From: a virus
DNA: 64,000 nucleotides
Direction: 5' to 3' (one strand)
IMG/VR virus record: IMGVR_UViG_3300010397_000002
Span: 13,301 to 77,300 of that record
Below, piece after piece: positions 1 to 10,052 of the stretch. The notes below the pieces were generated by a model. It saw only the letters and a list, made by a program, of their open reading frames with translations, did no database searches and was not told where the DNA came from. The translations under genes were made by a program, and so were the position numbers. Positions within the stretch are counted from its first letter, which is position 1, and every line of letters begins with the position of its first letter.

Positions 1-1265
1 TATCTCCTTGCCGCTTCTCTCTCTGCCTTTTTCTTTGCCATCATTCTATCAGTTTGGGCATCTATGCTCTCATCCTGAATATCACCACTTGATTTTGGTT
101 TTCTGTCCGGTTTCTTTTTTCCGATGTCCTCGGCTTTAAGTATGTGTGCGCGACTCCGTGCGGATTTAAGCGCCTCTTCTACCATTTCTGCACCGAACAG
201 TGCGAATGCGGCTTGTTGAAATTTTTGTTCCGGATCAAATCCACCCACTAAATTACCTTTCTCATCATAAGACCTTGGGTTGCTTAAATAGCCTTCTGCG
301 ACCACTTTAATTTTACCTAATTTGTCTTTGTTGAATTTGTAGATAAATGGATTCTTTGGATCATCATCCAGTTCAAATACTAAATTATCTAATCCGTCAA
401 GGTGCTCGTTGAATGATTTTGTATTGCTTGCGATACTTGAAACCACTTCTTGAGGAACCTCTTCTGGTTTAGGTTTTTCTTCTTCACTTATAGTTTTAAA
501 TTCTTGTTGTTTCTCTTCAATGAACTTCTTGGCCTTTGAAGCATCGATTTTAAGATCGCTCTCTAAATCTTCTTTCTTGTCCTTATATGCTTCTATAGAC
601 TCGAAGTCTTCTTCTTTAACAATGTACTTACTCTCAAATCTCCGGTTGAATTTTCTCCTGGACTCATCGATGCTGAGTTCTGGATGCTGCATGATGAATT
701 CCTGTTCAAGTATTAGTTTAGGATCTGTTTTATTAACATCTATGCTAATAAGTGAGGCCATCATTTGAAGACCATCCTGAAGTCTGGCTGGATCGTAGTC
801 CTTTAATGCTTCATAAACTAATTTTTGTTGTTCACTTTTGAAGACTGGTTCTTTCGGAGCGGCCTTTTCTAATTCAGCAACTTTTTTAATGAGGACTGTA
901 TTTTCATCCAAAAGTTCTGCAGCGCGGTCAATTACCTCAATGAACTCCTCTTCGTTTTTGATTCCGTATTTATCGGAAAAATTATCGGCAATGAAGTTAT
1001 CAATTTCGGCAGGCTGATCTTCTTCTTTCTCCTCTTCATTTTCTACTTCTTCTTCAGGCTTATCGTCATCCTTAGACTCTTTTTCTTCAGACTCTTCCTC
1101 TTTCTTATCGGCATCAACTTCTTCATTCTCTTCTTCGGTTTCCTGTTCTTCCTCCTCTGTTTCAACCTTGTCTTTCGGAGCCTCTTTTTCAATTTTTGTA
1201 TCTGCGGGTTTGTCCTCTACGGTAACCATTTTGTCTTCATCGAACGAATAAATTTCTCTTGCCAT
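1..1265 (-). CDS. Putative capsid scaffolding protein (acidic; 3' end at window edge)
   Basis: Not in ORF track. ATG at 1265 reads MAREIYSFDEDKMVTVEDKPADTKIEKEAPKDKVETEEEEQE (very Glu-rich). The same frame ends ...AKKKAEREAARR then TA at the window edge. Lies downstream of the portal. Confidence 0.65.
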   Translation of the reverse strand, partial: MAREIYSFDEDKMVTVEDKPADTKIEKEAPKDKVETEEEEQETEEENEEVDADKKEEESEEKESKDDDKPEEEVENEEEKEEDQPAEIDNFIADNFSDKYGIKNEEEFIEVIDRAAELLDENTVLIKKVAELEKAAPKEPVFKSEQQKLVYEALKDYDPARLQDGLQMMASLISIDVNKTDPKLILEQEFIMQHPELSIDESRRKFNRRFESKYIVKEEDFESIEAYKDKKEDLESDLKIDASKAKKFIEEKQQEFKTISEEEKPKPEEVPQEVVSSIASNTKSFNEHLDGLDNLVFELDDDPKNPFIYKFNKDKLGKIKVVAEGYLSNPRSYDEKGNLVGGFDPEQKFQQAAFALFGAEMVEEALKSARSRAHILKAEDIGKKKPDRKPKSSGDIQDESIDAQTDRMMAKKKAEREAARR

Positions 1266-1310
1266 AACTTATTTATTTCTATAAAGTTCAGAATACTTTA
1301 TCAGAAAAGC

Positions 1311-1338
1311 AAAAAGCCACTTTTTAGGGTGGCTTTTT
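1311..1338. terminator. Bidirectional intrinsic terminator
   Basis: AAAAAGCCAC-TTTTTAGG-GTGGCTTTTT hairpin with A/T tails. Confidence 0.75.
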
Positions 1339-1358
1339 GGGAGGTTTAGGTTAATGAA

Positions 1359-1664
1359 TTATTTCGTGTAGACTTCATCAATAAACTTGAAATGGTATCC
1401 TGCTGGATTTGCTGATTGATGAACAACGGATGTTCGATCTTGCATTGGCCCGCAGTCAGGAATAATTTTAATATTAACACATATTGGGCTCCATACTCTT
1501 GTTACAATTGCTGGAATATCATCATCATTGTGATTTGATTTAGCAATTGAATCATCTGGATTTGGTGTAAAAAGGACTATCTCGCCTATTTTTGGAGTTC
1601 GTCCTTGAACGAGAGTTATTGTCGTTCCTTCTGAAGTGGTACCGGTGTAAGTTTCATTTTTCAT
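1359..1664 (-). CDS. Hypothetical phage protein
   Basis: 101-aa ORF (PKIGEIVLF...PAIVTRVWS) with its own TATCTTTG -7 box at 1696-1703 and a terminator downstream. Confidence 0.7.
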   Translation of the reverse strand: MKNETYTGTTSEGTTITLVQGRTPKIGEIVLFTPNPDDSIAKSNHNDDDIPAIVTRVWSPICVNIKIIPDCGPMQDRTSVVHQSANPAGYHFKFIDEVYTK

Positions 1665-1707
1665 AATTGTAAAATTGTTTAGTTTTAAAGATATTCAAAG
1701 ATATAAA

Positions 1708-4149
1708 TTATTTTTCTTTCGATTTACTCATTGCTTTCTTCGCGTCATTATCGGCCTTTTTTGAATCGTTTTCAGCTTTCTTTGCGTCACCTTCTGCCCT
1801 CACCTGAGCCATGGCATACTTCGGTTTATTCTCAACAGCCTTCTTAATGATCTCATCAACACTGGTTTGTTTGGCAATTTGCTTTTTAACCTGATCAGAT
1901 TTGTCAGCAATAACTCCTTCGAGTTCTTTAGTTCTATTGAGTATATCCACGTCAATTTTAGCCTTCAATTTCATCATCTCTTCCTCGGCCATTGCTTTGG
2001 CTTGAATAACTGCAATTTCTCCATCTGTCTTATCAGAAGCAGCTTGACGATTTGCATCCATAGCAGCCTGTTGGTTGGCGACATTAGCTTGCCCTGCCTT
2101 CCGTTCATTGATCTTAATACGGATACCAAGTATCTGACGTGCCTTCTTGAGATTTTTTATCTCGCGGATAAAAGCTACATCCAAATGAGTAAGCGTTCCT
2201 TTATCCAGACCAATTGCTAAATCTTGGAAGAAAGCTGCCCATTCTTGTGCCGATGGAGCCCGCACTAAAAATAATCCATAATCGCATAAAGCGATACTAT
2301 CCGGGATGGTAAAGTGACGTCCCATGGCAGGAATGAATCCTTCAATACCAACCCCATCTCGTTTAGCCTGCTGAACGAGCAGTAATAGTTGATTGGTCGC
2401 TGCCCGATACATATAGGTGTAAGAATTGAAAAGATACTCCATATCTAGATCACCAGTAGCTTGCGATTGCTCCATAACACGAACAGCCAATCTATCTGGT
2501 GTTTCTGTAGATTCGGCCACAGTGGTTCCAGTCATTTGCTCAAGCATATTTATCCCAGTAGTGAACATATTCAGATAATCAGCCATCATTAATCCAGATG
2601 GATTGTTACCTACCGCGCTGCTGGAATATCGCTGGTCATACTTATTTATCGGAGATCTTTTTACCAAGGTACCAGTTTGAAGGAAATGCTTGTAAACCTC
2701 GCGCGGAGTCCAAGACTTTCCTCCCTTGCCAAAAGCTACAGCTTCCAGTTGGGTAAAATCAATTTCTCTGGCGCCCATGAATCCTTGAGCAAGGATTTGT
2801 TTCATTTTATTCCAAGCCACATTGATCATAAATAAAGGCTCGATCATCTGTGCAGCAAAGCTCACAGTCCTTCCTTCTTTATAATTTGGGGCAAAGGTTA
2901 TGATCGGTAATACGCTATTTACCAAATTTAACCGTGGATATTCTTTACGGCCGTAACCATAAACTACGTGGCTATCCAATACCCAAGTGCCACCGTACAC
3001 ACTGGTATATGAGTTTTTAATAATATCATACTCTTGATCATCAGCGAATTTTGGATCATCTTGTCTTGGCTTCCAGTTCAGACCGCGTTCCATTATTGTC
3101 TTATTGCCAGCTTTGTTCTTTCTGGTAATGAATACTCGATCATCTTGGCTTAAATAGTAAAATCGCATCACTGGGATATAATTCAATCCATCAAATTTCT
3201 GGTTAAATCGGTTGATGGCGTAAGTTGCCGGAATGCTATTTTGATTAGCGTATTGCTGTATTACTCTTTCGATTTCATCTTCGGTTAAATAAGCTGAAGA
3301 TTCTTTACGGAACTGATTAACGGTGGGGAAGTCAAGATATCCTGCATATTCCTGGTTTTGGAAGTTCTCATCCTCAACATAAGATCCAATGTAATACTTA
3401 GGGTTTATCCGGTCGCATCTTGGGATCCCGTTTTCATCACGGTAACAATGCATATGTCCACGACCAATAACAACTTTGTCATTGGCAACCATCCGCATTT
3501 TCTGATTGAAATCATTGATTTGATGGATCAGTGCAATAGACAATTCACCATCAATAGCCTTTTGCAGCTTAGGGTTGGTGAGCATCTCATACATTAATTC
3601 ATCTGGATATTCAGGTAAAACATCCACATCTAAGTCGGGAAAGAAATCCCGGGGATTCATTTTTATGTCAGTTATCCACTTCCTGAACTCGTAGTATGTC
3701 TGAATATTGGCCTCATATGTCTTTTTCTCATGAACGGAGACAGGATCAATAGCCTCCAATTGTACCTCATATTGCAGGTTCATCATCTTAGCCACCGCAC
3801 GATTTATGTACTTTGGCGCCAGATTTAATACCTGAATATCCAGATAAGCCAAGCTTGAGGAACCATCGTCTGCCGCATCATTGTGAACATCCTTAAAAAA
3901 ACCGAACATATTTCTAAGGTTGTCTACGCTCTGTCTTCCTTGAGAAACCTCGATCAATGCCTGGTATTCGCTATCGTTCCAAAACCGAGATCCTCCGAAA
4001 CGCCCGCTCGAATAGTACATAGCCTTCGCGTATTGGAGTCCATATTCCGGCAGTTCCTTTATATTCGGACTTACAAATTCGTTTGGAAATACCGATCCTT
4101 TGACAGCAAAGTCAGAATCTACTAATCGTGTTTCTTCTGCAGAATCCAT
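1708..4149 (-). CDS. Portal protein
   Basis: About 810 aa next to the terminase, with PKYINRAVAKM-type N-terminal segment and coiled-coil C-terminus. Likely start is MDSAEET at 4149, just after the 4151 stop of the upstream gene. Confidence 0.85.
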   Translation of the reverse strand: MDSAEETRLVDSDFAVKGSVFPNEFVSPNIKELPEYGLQYAKAMYYSSGRFGGSRFWNDSEYQALIEVSQGRQSVDNLRNMFGFFKDVHNDAADDGSSSLAYLDIQVLNLAPKYINRAVAKMMNLQYEVQLEAIDPVSVHEKKTYEANIQTYYEFRKWITDIKMNPRDFFPDLDVDVLPEYPDELMYEMLTNPKLQKAIDGELSIALIHQINDFNQKMRMVANDKVVIGRGHMHCYRDENGIPRCDRINPKYYIGSYVEDENFQNQEYAGYLDFPTVNQFRKESSAYLTEDEIERVIQQYANQNSIPATYAINRFNQKFDGLNYIPVMRFYYLSQDDRVFITRKNKAGNKTIMERGLNWKPRQDDPKFADDQEYDIIKNSYTSVYGGTWVLDSHVVYGYGRKEYPRLNLVNSVLPIITFAPNYKEGRTVSFAAQMIEPLFMINVAWNKMKQILAQGFMGAREIDFTQLEAVAFGKGGKSWTPREVYKHFLQTGTLVKRSPINKYDQRYSSSAVGNNPSGLMMADYLNMFTTGINMLEQMTGTTVAESTETPDRLAVRVMEQSQATGDLDMEYLFNSYTYMYRAATNQLLLLVQQAKRDGVGIEGFIPAMGRHFTIPDSIALCDYGLFLVRAPSAQEWAAFFQDLAIGLDKGTLTHLDVAFIREIKNLKKARQILGIRIKINERKAGQANVANQQAAMDANRQAASDKTDGEIAVIQAKAMAEEEMMKLKAKIDVDILNRTKELEGVIADKSDQVKKQIAKQTSVDEIIKKAVENKPKYAMAQVRAEGDAKKAENDSKKADNDAKKAMSKSKEK

Positions 4150-4150
4150 T

Positions 4151-4468
4151 TTAGAATAGACGTTTAAAAAGTTTATACGGTAAGGCCATTTTATTATTTC
4201 CGGAGTCAACAAAAAGGTAATCCCCTTTCCGTCCGATCTCAAAGTCATTATCCATTTGCCGATATTTTATAGACTTCGGAGAGGAGATGGCCGCTTCAAT
4301 ATTGAAGAAGGCCCGCTTCTCTAAAGCCAAATCACGCTTGATGGTCTTGAATGGTTCGGCTGATTTACAAAAATGCCAGTCATTAACATGGTCAGGATTT
4401 AATTCCGCAACGCTAACATCTTCCTCCAAAATCTGCTCCATTGTCTTTCGGTCGTTATCTTTTGCCAT
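4151..4468 (-). CDS. Hypothetical protein between terminase and portal
   Basis: 105-aa ORF; TAAATTTG -7 box at 4488-4495. Confidence 0.7.
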   Translation of the reverse strand: MAKDNDRKTMEQILEEDVSVAELNPDHVNDWHFCKSAEPFKTIKRDLALEKRAFFNIEAAISSPKSIKYRQMDNDFEIGRKGDYLFVDSGNNKMALPYKLFKRLF

Positions 4469-4499
4469 AAAAGTTGTGTTAATTAATCAAATTTAGCGA

Positions 4500-6641
4500 T
4501 TACCTGTTAACATTCCCATATTCATCAAATCCTGGCATAATATCATAGATGTCCATGGGTGGTAAAGTATATGTTTTAGGCTGAATTTTACCTCCAAGTT
4601 CAGTGAACCCTGCCGCTACCGAATAGTCATATTCAGTGGTTTTCTTAGGATTGAATACCAATAAATCTTCCACCAAATCAATGAAAGGAATGGTATGCCC
4701 CCAATACTCAATATACGTTGCAAGGGCACTTGTATACTCCTGAATGATCTGCCCGCTGGCCGGGGTACCGTCTGCGTACACATTTTTCCTTGTTCCTGAC
4801 TCAGCTATGTATTTCTGCAAAATAAAATCTCCGCACCCATGTTCAATGAAATAATTCATGATCCCTGGCTTTTGAGACTCAGCATGCAGTGAGCACCCGA
4901 AATACCACATCATCATCAGTGCCCGTTCAAAAAACACATTTGGATCATTCGGGCGAACGTCCATCATCGCGATGTATCGATTGGTCTTATACTGATACTT
5001 CTCTTTGGCGCGTTGCTCCAAAATATCCTGCGTCAATATCCCATCAATTGATGAATCGTATTTACGTTTTACGAAAAGGACTGGCTTTGACCGGCGAGTG
5101 CTGATATATTCTTCATCTCCTCCTTTACCTTCCACGACAACTCCGTGATCTACCGGATCGACTCCTGAAATAAATTTAGCATCATTGAGCGGAGCAAAGT
5201 TGGGTCTATCTCCTCCTAATTTTCTTTGTACTAGATTTGTTTCTTTTGCATCATTAATGAGTGAGTGTACCCATGCCCATCCGGTGTATTGATTTGGTCT
5301 GAACCTGACTTCTGTAAATCTCTTATTGTCTACCCAATAAAATTCTCCTTTAACAAGTATTGACTCTGCGATAGATTCAAGTTCTGATTTACGGTCTTGG
5401 AGGACAGTGGCGTTGAATTCGCAGCGGTCTGTGTTGATGTAAAAAATTTCTTTTAAGTATAATGGATACCTTCTTATAACACCAGACAATTCTTTTGGGC
5501 TATCCTTATAAGATTCTCTTTCAAGTAATATCCATTCTTTAGCTTCCTTCCTTAATGGATGACCCCATTGATCTAAAAAACTTTCGTGAGCGCAATCACC
5601 TGGAAGGAAACAAACATATAGTCCACTCTTCGTTCTTCCATCTGGTTGACGTTGATCGAAGTCACTTTCATAAAACATTTTTTTGTATGCTCTACCACCC
5701 TTACCAGTAGAATCCATAAATTCAACGGTGGTCCCTATGAAGCATTTTCCTCGTAACTCTTTACCTCTTCTTAAACAAGGCTTTACAACGGCCCATCTAT
5801 CGTTTACATTACAATTTAAAATTTTACCGGCCTCCTCCATTAAATAAGTGTGAAGGATGCTACCATCATACTCACTTACTCCACTTGATCTATAATCAAG
5901 TTTTGATTCTAAATCTATTGAGTCATCATAATCACCAATGACCATTGACTTACTCCTAGCTGCTGGCTGTTCAAATTTTATATCCGATGTTAAGGCTGAT
6001 GTTGTGTCGTACGTTGGTGTAAAATAATATGGAAGCTTCTTGAATGGAGACTTGATCATTTGAGTGTAAAACAATCCTGCTTTATGATCATTTTCTCCTT
6101 GGCAGCCTGTATAATGATTTCTATTTCGTGTCGTTCTGTATATTGCCCATCCTCCCATTAATGATGACTTACCATAACGACGAACAGTGTTGAATAATAA
6201 TCCATAAGAGTTTGGATCTTCTTCACAATACTTTAATAAATATGTAAGTTCTTTATCTGTCTCTCGATATGTTGGGAATCCGAATGTTGTTTGCCATGCT
6301 GTTAAGTACCAATAGTAAAACCCAGTGATGTAAGTTGGTGTGCCGTTATTCCAAAACCAAAATCCTTCTTCAGATCGATCCCACTCTTGATCTGCCCATC
6401 TATTTATTTCTGATTGAAGTGGGTGAATATAATTAGGATCAAGCTGAACTCTTTTCGCGTATTCCCTAATTGCTTTTTTAATTGTTTCGGTTGGGGATGG
6501 GCGGGTCCATTTTTGTTCATTGAAGAAATGTATTTTTTTATCAGATGGGACTTGTGGCAAATAAACACACGGAATGCCTTGTCCGGTTATCGCGGTGATT
6601 AAATATTTTAGTTGATATGGATTTTTAGTCTCCTGAAACAT
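4500..6641 (-). CDS. terL: Terminase large subunit
   Basis: RRYGKSS Walker A, LMEEAGK Walker B, GTT coupling motif, GVDPVD RNase H-like nuclease motif. Confidence 0.92.
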   Translation of the reverse strand: MFQETKNPYQLKYLITAITGQGIPCVYLPQVPSDKKIHFFNEQKWTRPSPTETIKKAIREYAKRVQLDPNYIHPLQSEINRWADQEWDRSEEGFWFWNNGTPTYITGFYYWYLTAWQTTFGFPTYRETDKELTYLLKYCEEDPNSYGLLFNTVRRYGKSSLMGGWAIYRTTRNRNHYTGCQGENDHKAGLFYTQMIKSPFKKLPYYFTPTYDTTSALTSDIKFEQPAARSKSMVIGDYDDSIDLESKLDYRSSGVSEYDGSILHTYLMEEAGKILNCNVNDRWAVVKPCLRRGKELRGKCFIGTTVEFMDSTGKGGRAYKKMFYESDFDQRQPDGRTKSGLYVCFLPGDCAHESFLDQWGHPLRKEAKEWILLERESYKDSPKELSGVIRRYPLYLKEIFYINTDRCEFNATVLQDRKSELESIAESILVKGEFYWVDNKRFTEVRFRPNQYTGWAWVHSLINDAKETNLVQRKLGGDRPNFAPLNDAKFISGVDPVDHGVVVEGKGGDEEYISTRRSKPVLFVKRKYDSSIDGILTQDILEQRAKEKYQYKTNRYIAMMDVRPNDPNVFFERALMMMWYFGCSLHAESQKPGIMNYFIEHGCGDFILQKYIAESGTRKNVYADGTPASGQIIQEYTSALATYIEYWGHTIPFIDLVEDLLVFNPKKTTEYDYSVAAGFTELGGKIQPKTYTLPPMDIYDIMPGFDEYGNVNR

Positions 6642-7171
6642 TACGAAACATCTCTCATTTTAATCCTCTGCTCAGGTCTCAACATTTGCACAACATGATT
6701 AACGGCCATGTCTTTTACATCCTCTTGCGCATATATTTCAGAGTAAAGCCTATTTATCCGGGTCAATAATTCGTCGCTTGTCTTCGAAAGTTCTCCCCTG
6801 GCTTTATACTTTTTCATCAACTCCTCCTCATCGGTGGTGGCCGCAGGACTCATCAAAATACTCTGAATGTCCCAAAAAAGCTGCTGATCGGAGCATAGCT
6901 TGTGATATGCATTGCTATTCTGATAAGTAGATAAAAACGCGAAAATGAGCTTATTTACAGCTTCGTCCTTTAAATCCATGATATTTATAACATCCGGATC
7001 GCTTAAATTAAGTTTAGCTTGTTGGGCTGCTTCCCGTTTTCTCTCGGATAAATTTTGGGTATTATTAAGCGGAGAGTCCTTTGAATATAAAAGCTCGATG
7101 TATTTGCACAACTTTAATTTATCTTTGCCTACGAACCGCTGGCACACGTCCATGTCGGAGAACTTAATCAT
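6641..7171 (-). CDS. Hypothetical protein upstream of terL (possible small terminase)
   Basis: Helical ORF coupled to terL. Probable start MIKFSDM at 7171, with TATCTTTG -7 box at 7186-7193. Function inferred from position only. Confidence 0.5.
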   Translation of the reverse strand: MIKFSDMDVCQRFVGKDKLKLCKYIELLYSKDSPLNNTQNLSERKREAAQQAKLNLSDPDVINIMDLKDEAVNKLIFAFLSTYQNSNAYHKLCSDQQLFWDIQSILMSPAATTDEEELMKKYKARGELSKTSDELLTRINRLYSEIYAQEDVKDMAVNHVVQMLRPEQRIKMRDVS

Positions 7172-7192
7172 ATTTAACCTTTTAACAAAGAT

Positions 7193-7666
7193 ATGAAAAC
7201 ATACAGCAACAAAGCCATCGACCCACCAAAGAAGAAAGTGCAATCAAATGTTACGCTCGGGTTTCAGAAGGGATCAGAGAAAAAAGAATATACTCCAACC
7301 AGGGTATTATCGGGCCATCCGGAATATGGAAAAGAAAGTTCTTCTAATAAAGACGCAAAGTTTATTGAAGATGCCAGGGCTAAAAAAGAGGATATTGCTT
7401 ATAAAGATGGCAAGCCTTATCGCGCTGGTACTACCACTGTTACCAAGACTCCAGATAAATTCACTACGAATGTGACGGTGGATAAGCCTAATTTCAAGCC
7501 TGTTTCAAAGCCTGCTATGGAAGAAAAGAAGAAACCAGAGGCAAACAATACTGGTAAAAAGATGGCTAAACTTAAGCCGATGGCCATGACTTATGGTACT
7601 GACAGCCCGACTAAGGGCGGAGGAACGATGTATAAGAAGAAGGTAAGATCGTTATTGGGCCGATAA
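7193..7666 (+). CDS. Lysine-rich low-complexity protein
   Basis: 157 aa, very basic; begins MKTYSNKA. Confidence 0.7.
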   Translation: MKTYSNKAIDPPKKKVQSNVTLGFQKGSEKKEYTPTRVLSGHPEYGKESSSNKDAKFIEDARAKKEDIAYKDGKPYRAGTTTVTKTPDKFTTNVTVDKPNFKPVSKPAMEEKKKPEANNTGKKMAKLKPMAMTYGTDSPTKGGGTMYKKKVRSLLGR

Positions 7667-7692
7667 TTTTAACAATCTAAAAAATAAGACAT

Positions 7693-8034
7693 ATGAAAAA
7701 GCTATTATTAATTGCACTCACATTCACGGTACTTGCATGCTCTACTGGTTCGTCAACTGACAATATTTCAAGTCCTTTTACGAAGGCTTCTTATGTGTTA
7801 CCGGTTGTTAACCGAAGCATACACCTAAGAGTTACTACTCTCAATGGTCAGAATTTAGTTAATGATAGTGAATTAAATGTCATAAACAGTGGGATAGTCT
7901 CTATTTCTAGAGATGGCTTAACTACTGATCCTAATATCTGGATACGAGATATGGGTTCTGATGTGATGGAAATAACGATTAAGATTGACGCGGTTAATCT
8001 AGAGAAGTTGATTCAATGTGCTAACACACAATAA
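7693..8034 (+). CDS. Putative lipoprotein
   Basis: MKKLLLIALTFTVLAC lipobox signal. Confidence 0.7.
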   Translation: MKKLLLIALTFTVLACSTGSSTDNISSPFTKASYVLPVVNRSIHLRVTTLNGQNLVNDSELNVINSGIVSISRDGLTTDPNIWIRDMGSDVMEITIKIDAVNLEKLIQCANTQ

Positions 8035-8045
8035 TATTTGTCTCT

Positions 8046-8429
8046 TCAATCAGATAGCCTCGCGCAGGCTATCTCTCCTTTTCTTACAAATCCTATTCTC
8101 CGGGCCTTCCTGTTTAAAATTAACTTTCTGTGCGGAATATGCCTTAACCATATCTCCAGATCAGAACCTTTCGCTAATACTTCGGCTTTAAAATGATGGC
8201 CTTTTGTAGGAGTTACATCACCATGCCTTAATCCTCCGTGGTAAACAGAAATAATTTTATCTATTCTGGCAGAGGCTTCTTTCTCCAGCACAGTATCAAT
8301 TTCAAGTTCTCTTAGTAAATGACTTCTACGGTACTCATTCAGCTTAACATAAAAATCCTGAGCACCAACTTGCGCTGATGTCAGGACTGCTATTGCCATA
8401 GCTAAAAAAGTCTTAATGATAACTACCAT
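8046..8429 (-). CDS. Secreted CAP/SCP-domain protein
   Basis: Signal peptide, LNEYRRSH..L, H...ILN..ARRIGF CAP motifs. Confidence 0.7.
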   Translation of the reverse strand: MVVIIKTFLAMAIAVLTSAQVGAQDFYVKLNEYRRSHLLRELEIDTVLEKEASARIDKIISVYHGGLRHGDVTPTKGHHFKAEVLAKGSDLEIWLRHIPHRKLILNRKARRIGFVRKGEIACARLSD

Positions 8430-8707
8430 GAATCGCTAGATCCTCCACCTCCAAAATCACCACCTCCACCGAAGTCTGAACTACCACTATCCGAAGAGGA
8501 TGATGAATAATCAATAGATGAACTACTATCGTTCATCATCATGTCAGCAATTAAAACTCCGGTCAATACATCAATAATGGAGTCATTACTTCCGCTTCGA
8601 CTACCAGAACATGAATGTCTGTTGGCTTCTGATTTACTATCAAAAGTCCGACCGCAAGAATTGCACTTGAATTTACTCATATATTTGTTTTTTAAAACAC
8701 TCTTCAC
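8423..8707 (-). CDS. Small protein with Zn-finger-like N-terminus and Ser/Gly-rich tail
   Basis: CNSCGRTF...HSC followed by SSSSDSGSSDFGGGGDFGGGGSSDSW. Confidence 0.6.
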   Translation of the reverse strand: MKSVLKNKYMSKFKCNSCGRTFDSKSEANRHSCSGSRSGSNDSIIDVLTGVLIADMMMNDSSSSIDYSSSSSDSGSSDFGGGGDFGGGGSSDSW

Positions 8708-8812
8708 ATTGGATCAGTCCTTTTTGTTTATTGTGATTTTCATCATGAATTGGATATGACTTTCCAATAAAGTTAAGTCCGCATGAATCACATAATTTTT
8801 TGATTATTTTTT

Positions 8813-9277
8813 TCATAACACAATCAACCAAACCCCAACAAATAAGAACACCAAGTAAACAATAGCTCTACCTCCCCATCCGAATGATCTCCACCACTTC
8901 TCTTTATCAGGCCATGCTCTGTCACTTAAATGCTTCACTACATGATTGAGAATCTCTGGCATAGTTAAGTACCTAAATCCATAACGGTGTGATTTTGGAA
9001 TGCCAGCGTATGTAGTAACGTTATTCTTTAAATGAATATAGTTTATCCAGTAAGGGAATAATGCTGCAAATAAGAATGTGGCTGCTGTGGTGAATCTAAT
9101 GAGATTAAGAATATAGTTTGTGTCATACATTAAAAAGGAGATGATACAAGCAACAATAAAGCAAGTTATACCTCTTATCCTCCAATCATAATTCGGATGC
9201 ACGTCTCCATATTTATCTCGGTATACTTCGAAAAGTGTTGGTAGGATGAGGATTACTATTGTCATGAATGTTTTCAT
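8813..9277 (-). CDS. Membrane protein
   Basis: Several hydrophobic segments. Confidence 0.65.
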   Translation of the reverse strand: MKTFMTIVILILPTLFEVYRDKYGDVHPNYDWRIRGITCFIVACIISFLMYDTNYILNLIRFTTAATFLFAALFPYWINYIHLKNNVTTYAGIPKSHRYGFRYLTMPEILNHVVKHLSDRAWPDKEKWWRSFGWGGRAIVYLVFLFVGVWLIVL

Positions 9278-9282
9278 AAGTA

Positions 9283-9468
9283 TTATTTGTTTTTGAGTAG
9301 TCCAATAACCTCAATAATAATTTCAAAAGCGAATGTGGCTAAAAATAAAATGGACGCTATCTTACCAATTATCCAAAGATGTTGATAATCACTTGCTCCT
9401 GTAACCACTACATTAATGACCATTACGATGGCTAGAAATATTTGAAAATAAAATGCTGTCCTTATCAT
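9283..9468 (-). CDS. Small two-TM membrane protein
   Basis: 61 aa, two hydrophobic helices. Confidence 0.6.
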   Translation of the reverse strand: MIRTAFYFQIFLAIVMVINVVVTGASDYQHLWIIGKIASILFLATFAFEIIIEVIGLLKNK

Positions 9469-9761
9469 GGTTTTATTTCTAATTTTATAACTCTAATCTC
9501 TGATACGTTATGCTTTTTCATGTAGTCTACTCCATAAAATAAAGCAGAACTAATACATGTATAAGTTTTAGAGATGCCGGTTCCATTTTTGTAGTATACA
9601 TAAAGTCTATGTGTTGGAACTTTACTTTTAACTCCCATACAGAAATTTTTAAAGAACATTTTGTCTCATCGACCAAGATCCCTCGCCACCAATCTAGCGA
9701 GGGACGACTCTGTTTTAAACCAATAAACTGCGGAACTCTCAAAACCGCAATCGCATATACA

Positions 9762-9781
9762 ATAGTAATATATATCACTAT
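9762..9781. promoter_or_regulatory. Palindromic operator copy 1
   Basis: ATAGTAATATATATCACTAT; 9762-9786 is the exact reverse complement of 36473-36497. Confidence 0.75.
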
Positions 9782-10051
9782 CTAATCCAAATTTAATAAC
9801 AAGAATTTTTCCCATGTGTCGATAGTATATACTTCTCCACCATGTTTGCGAATCTGTGAATGGACGTATTTTTGTAATTTTTCTGCATCTTTTTCTGGTT
9901 TTTTTACTTCAATTCTAATGGTTCTACCATTTTTTATAGCTTCTAAATCAGGCCATCCACTCTTTGAAACGATGATATGTTTAACGGCATACCATCCTCT
10001 TTTCTTTAAATGACTTCTTATCTTCGATTGAAGTTTTGATTCTAGAGCCAT
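9782..10051 (-). CDS. VRR-NUC domain nuclease
   Basis: ESKLQSKI...GWPDL...IEVK PD-(D/E)XK pattern; follows the helicase. Confidence 0.85.
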   Translation of the reverse strand: MALESKLQSKIRSHLKKRGWYAVKHIIVSKSGWPDLEAIKNGRTIRIEVKKPEKDAEKLQKYVHSQIRKHGGEVYTIDTWEKFLLLNLD

Positions 10052-10052
10052 T

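Noticed and set aside
520-4496. Plus-strand ORFs opposite scaffold and portal (and similar antisense ORFs elsewhere)
   Set aside because: Antisense shadows of well-supported genes.
7193-8034. Plus-strand islands (also 48187-50222) as invertible segments of the serine recombinase
   Set aside because: No flanking inverted repeats found.
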